Assembly (NCBI GenBank): GCA_951406725.2
Contig: OX597816.1
Coordinates: 57,288,001-57,352,000 of the forward strand
Length of the DNA: 64,000 nucleotides
Origin: Octopus vulgaris
Taxonomy: Eukaryota
Direction: 5' to 3'
Positions 62,910 to 64,000 of the stretch are shown here, piece by piece. The stretch's first letter is position 1, and every line of letters begins with the position of its first letter. The translations under genes and the position numbers were made by a program. The notes below the pieces were generated by a model. It ran no database searches. It was given only the letters and a program-made list of their open reading frames with translations, and was not told where the DNA came from.

Positions 62910-63715
62910 AAGCGCATGCGTGACTTGTTTGGTAAGAAGTTTGCATCCCAACGTCATCGTTCCGAGTATTCAGTCCTACTGCGTTGCACCATGAGCAAGT
63001 TTCGGCAAGACTTCCTTTTGTACCTCCCCCTCAAATAAAAATCCCTTAAAAAATTTATTTTTTTTACACAAACCCCTATTTTCGTCTAAGGAGAATACGA
63101 ATCTGCCAAAAAATGGGTAAAAATCGGCATTTTGAATTCCCCCCCCCCCCCCCACACACACGCACACACAATTTCTTCATTTTTTTTTTTTTACTTTTTT
63201 CAGATTTTTTTTCTTCAAAATATACGGAAAAATATGGAGATTATGATTCTGAAAAAAAATTTCAAAATTTTTTGTAGTTTTCAGGTTTGGGGAAAAAGTC
63301 AAAAATGAAGAAATTAGGTGGGGAAGCTGATTTTTGACAATTTTCAGGAATCTTCGTATCCGAAAACGGGAAGTTTTTGGCAAAAAAAAAGGTGGGGAGA
63401 GTGGGGGAGGGGAGGAAGTCTTTCCCAAGTTTCTTCTACTATAGCCTTTTGAGTGGATTTGGTTGACGGAAACTGAAAAGAAGCCCGTCGAGATTGTGTG
63501 TGTGTGTGTGTATATATATGTGTGTGTGTGTTATTGGTGTGTTTACGTCCTCGTAACTTTCGGCAGAAGTCACCGATAGAATAAGGACCAGGTTTTACAA
63601 AAAAAAAAATGAATAAATAAATAAATAAAAGTATTAGGATCGGTTCGTTTGCTTAAAATTCATCAGGGCGATGCCCCAGCATGGCCGCAGTCTAACGACT
63701 GAAACAAGTAGAAAA
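62910..63715 (+). mobile_element. SINE family A interrupted by a MITE
   Basis: Head 62910-63003 continues at 63426 with ttctactatagcc. Confidence 0.8.
63004..63425. mobile_element. MITE, Merlin-like (GG termini, 8-bp TSD)
   Basis: TIRs ggcaagacttcc / ggaagtctttcc; TSD caagtttc (62996-63003, 63426-63433). Confidence 0.85.
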
Positions 63716-64000
63716 ATATATAAGATTACGATTATATAACAACACTAGCGATGTGGACAGACATCTCTATTGTATTAAAACAGGGACACTTTAACATTTA
63801 TCAACTACACACTTGATGAGGGGGTGTATGCGTTGCGAGCTCTGACATTGGAGACGAATCTAATAATACTTCTACTACAGCTGTATTCCTCAATACTTTT
63901 GCTCTGGTTTCGGTGTGAAGTCATCACCTTCTTTTCATTCTCCTCCTCCTCTCTCTCTCTCTCTTTTTCCGCCTCCTCTTTCTCCCCTAGCAACCACCTC

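Overview
AT-rich, repeat-saturated eukaryotic DNA, intergenic or a very large intron. The SINE repertoire looks to me like Octopus (cephalopod); this is inferred from recognising the repeats, not from a search. No complete protein-coding gene is visible, and almost all listed ORFs are microsatellite or SINE read-throughs; one 109-bp candidate exon lies at 11760-11868. The window holds three abundant tRNA-headed SINE families (called A, B, C here) and fragments of Tx1/L1, RTE, CR1 and R4/Dong-type LINEs. It also holds two Tc1/mariner relics, Merlin-type and hAT MITEs with clear 8-bp TSDs, an internally deleted Helitron, a DINE-1/Helentron-like element and many microsatellites. The main finding is a set of minimal type I hammerhead ribozyme motifs of the Penelope-like-element kind. 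One (5676-5721, minus strand) is complete and sits downstream of a tRNA-derived Pol III head inside a 12-bp-TSD-bounded insertion, suggesting a Penelope-mobilised, self-cleaving SINE or retrozyme. Related hammerhead elements with variant cores abut (TA)n tracts. Also notable: a dimeric SINE with two alternative 3' tails, one resembling the local Tx1 LINE; a Tx1 insertion with a very long microsatellite target duplication; and several near-perfect foldbacks. Repeat boundaries are approximate unless TSD or TIR coordinates are given.
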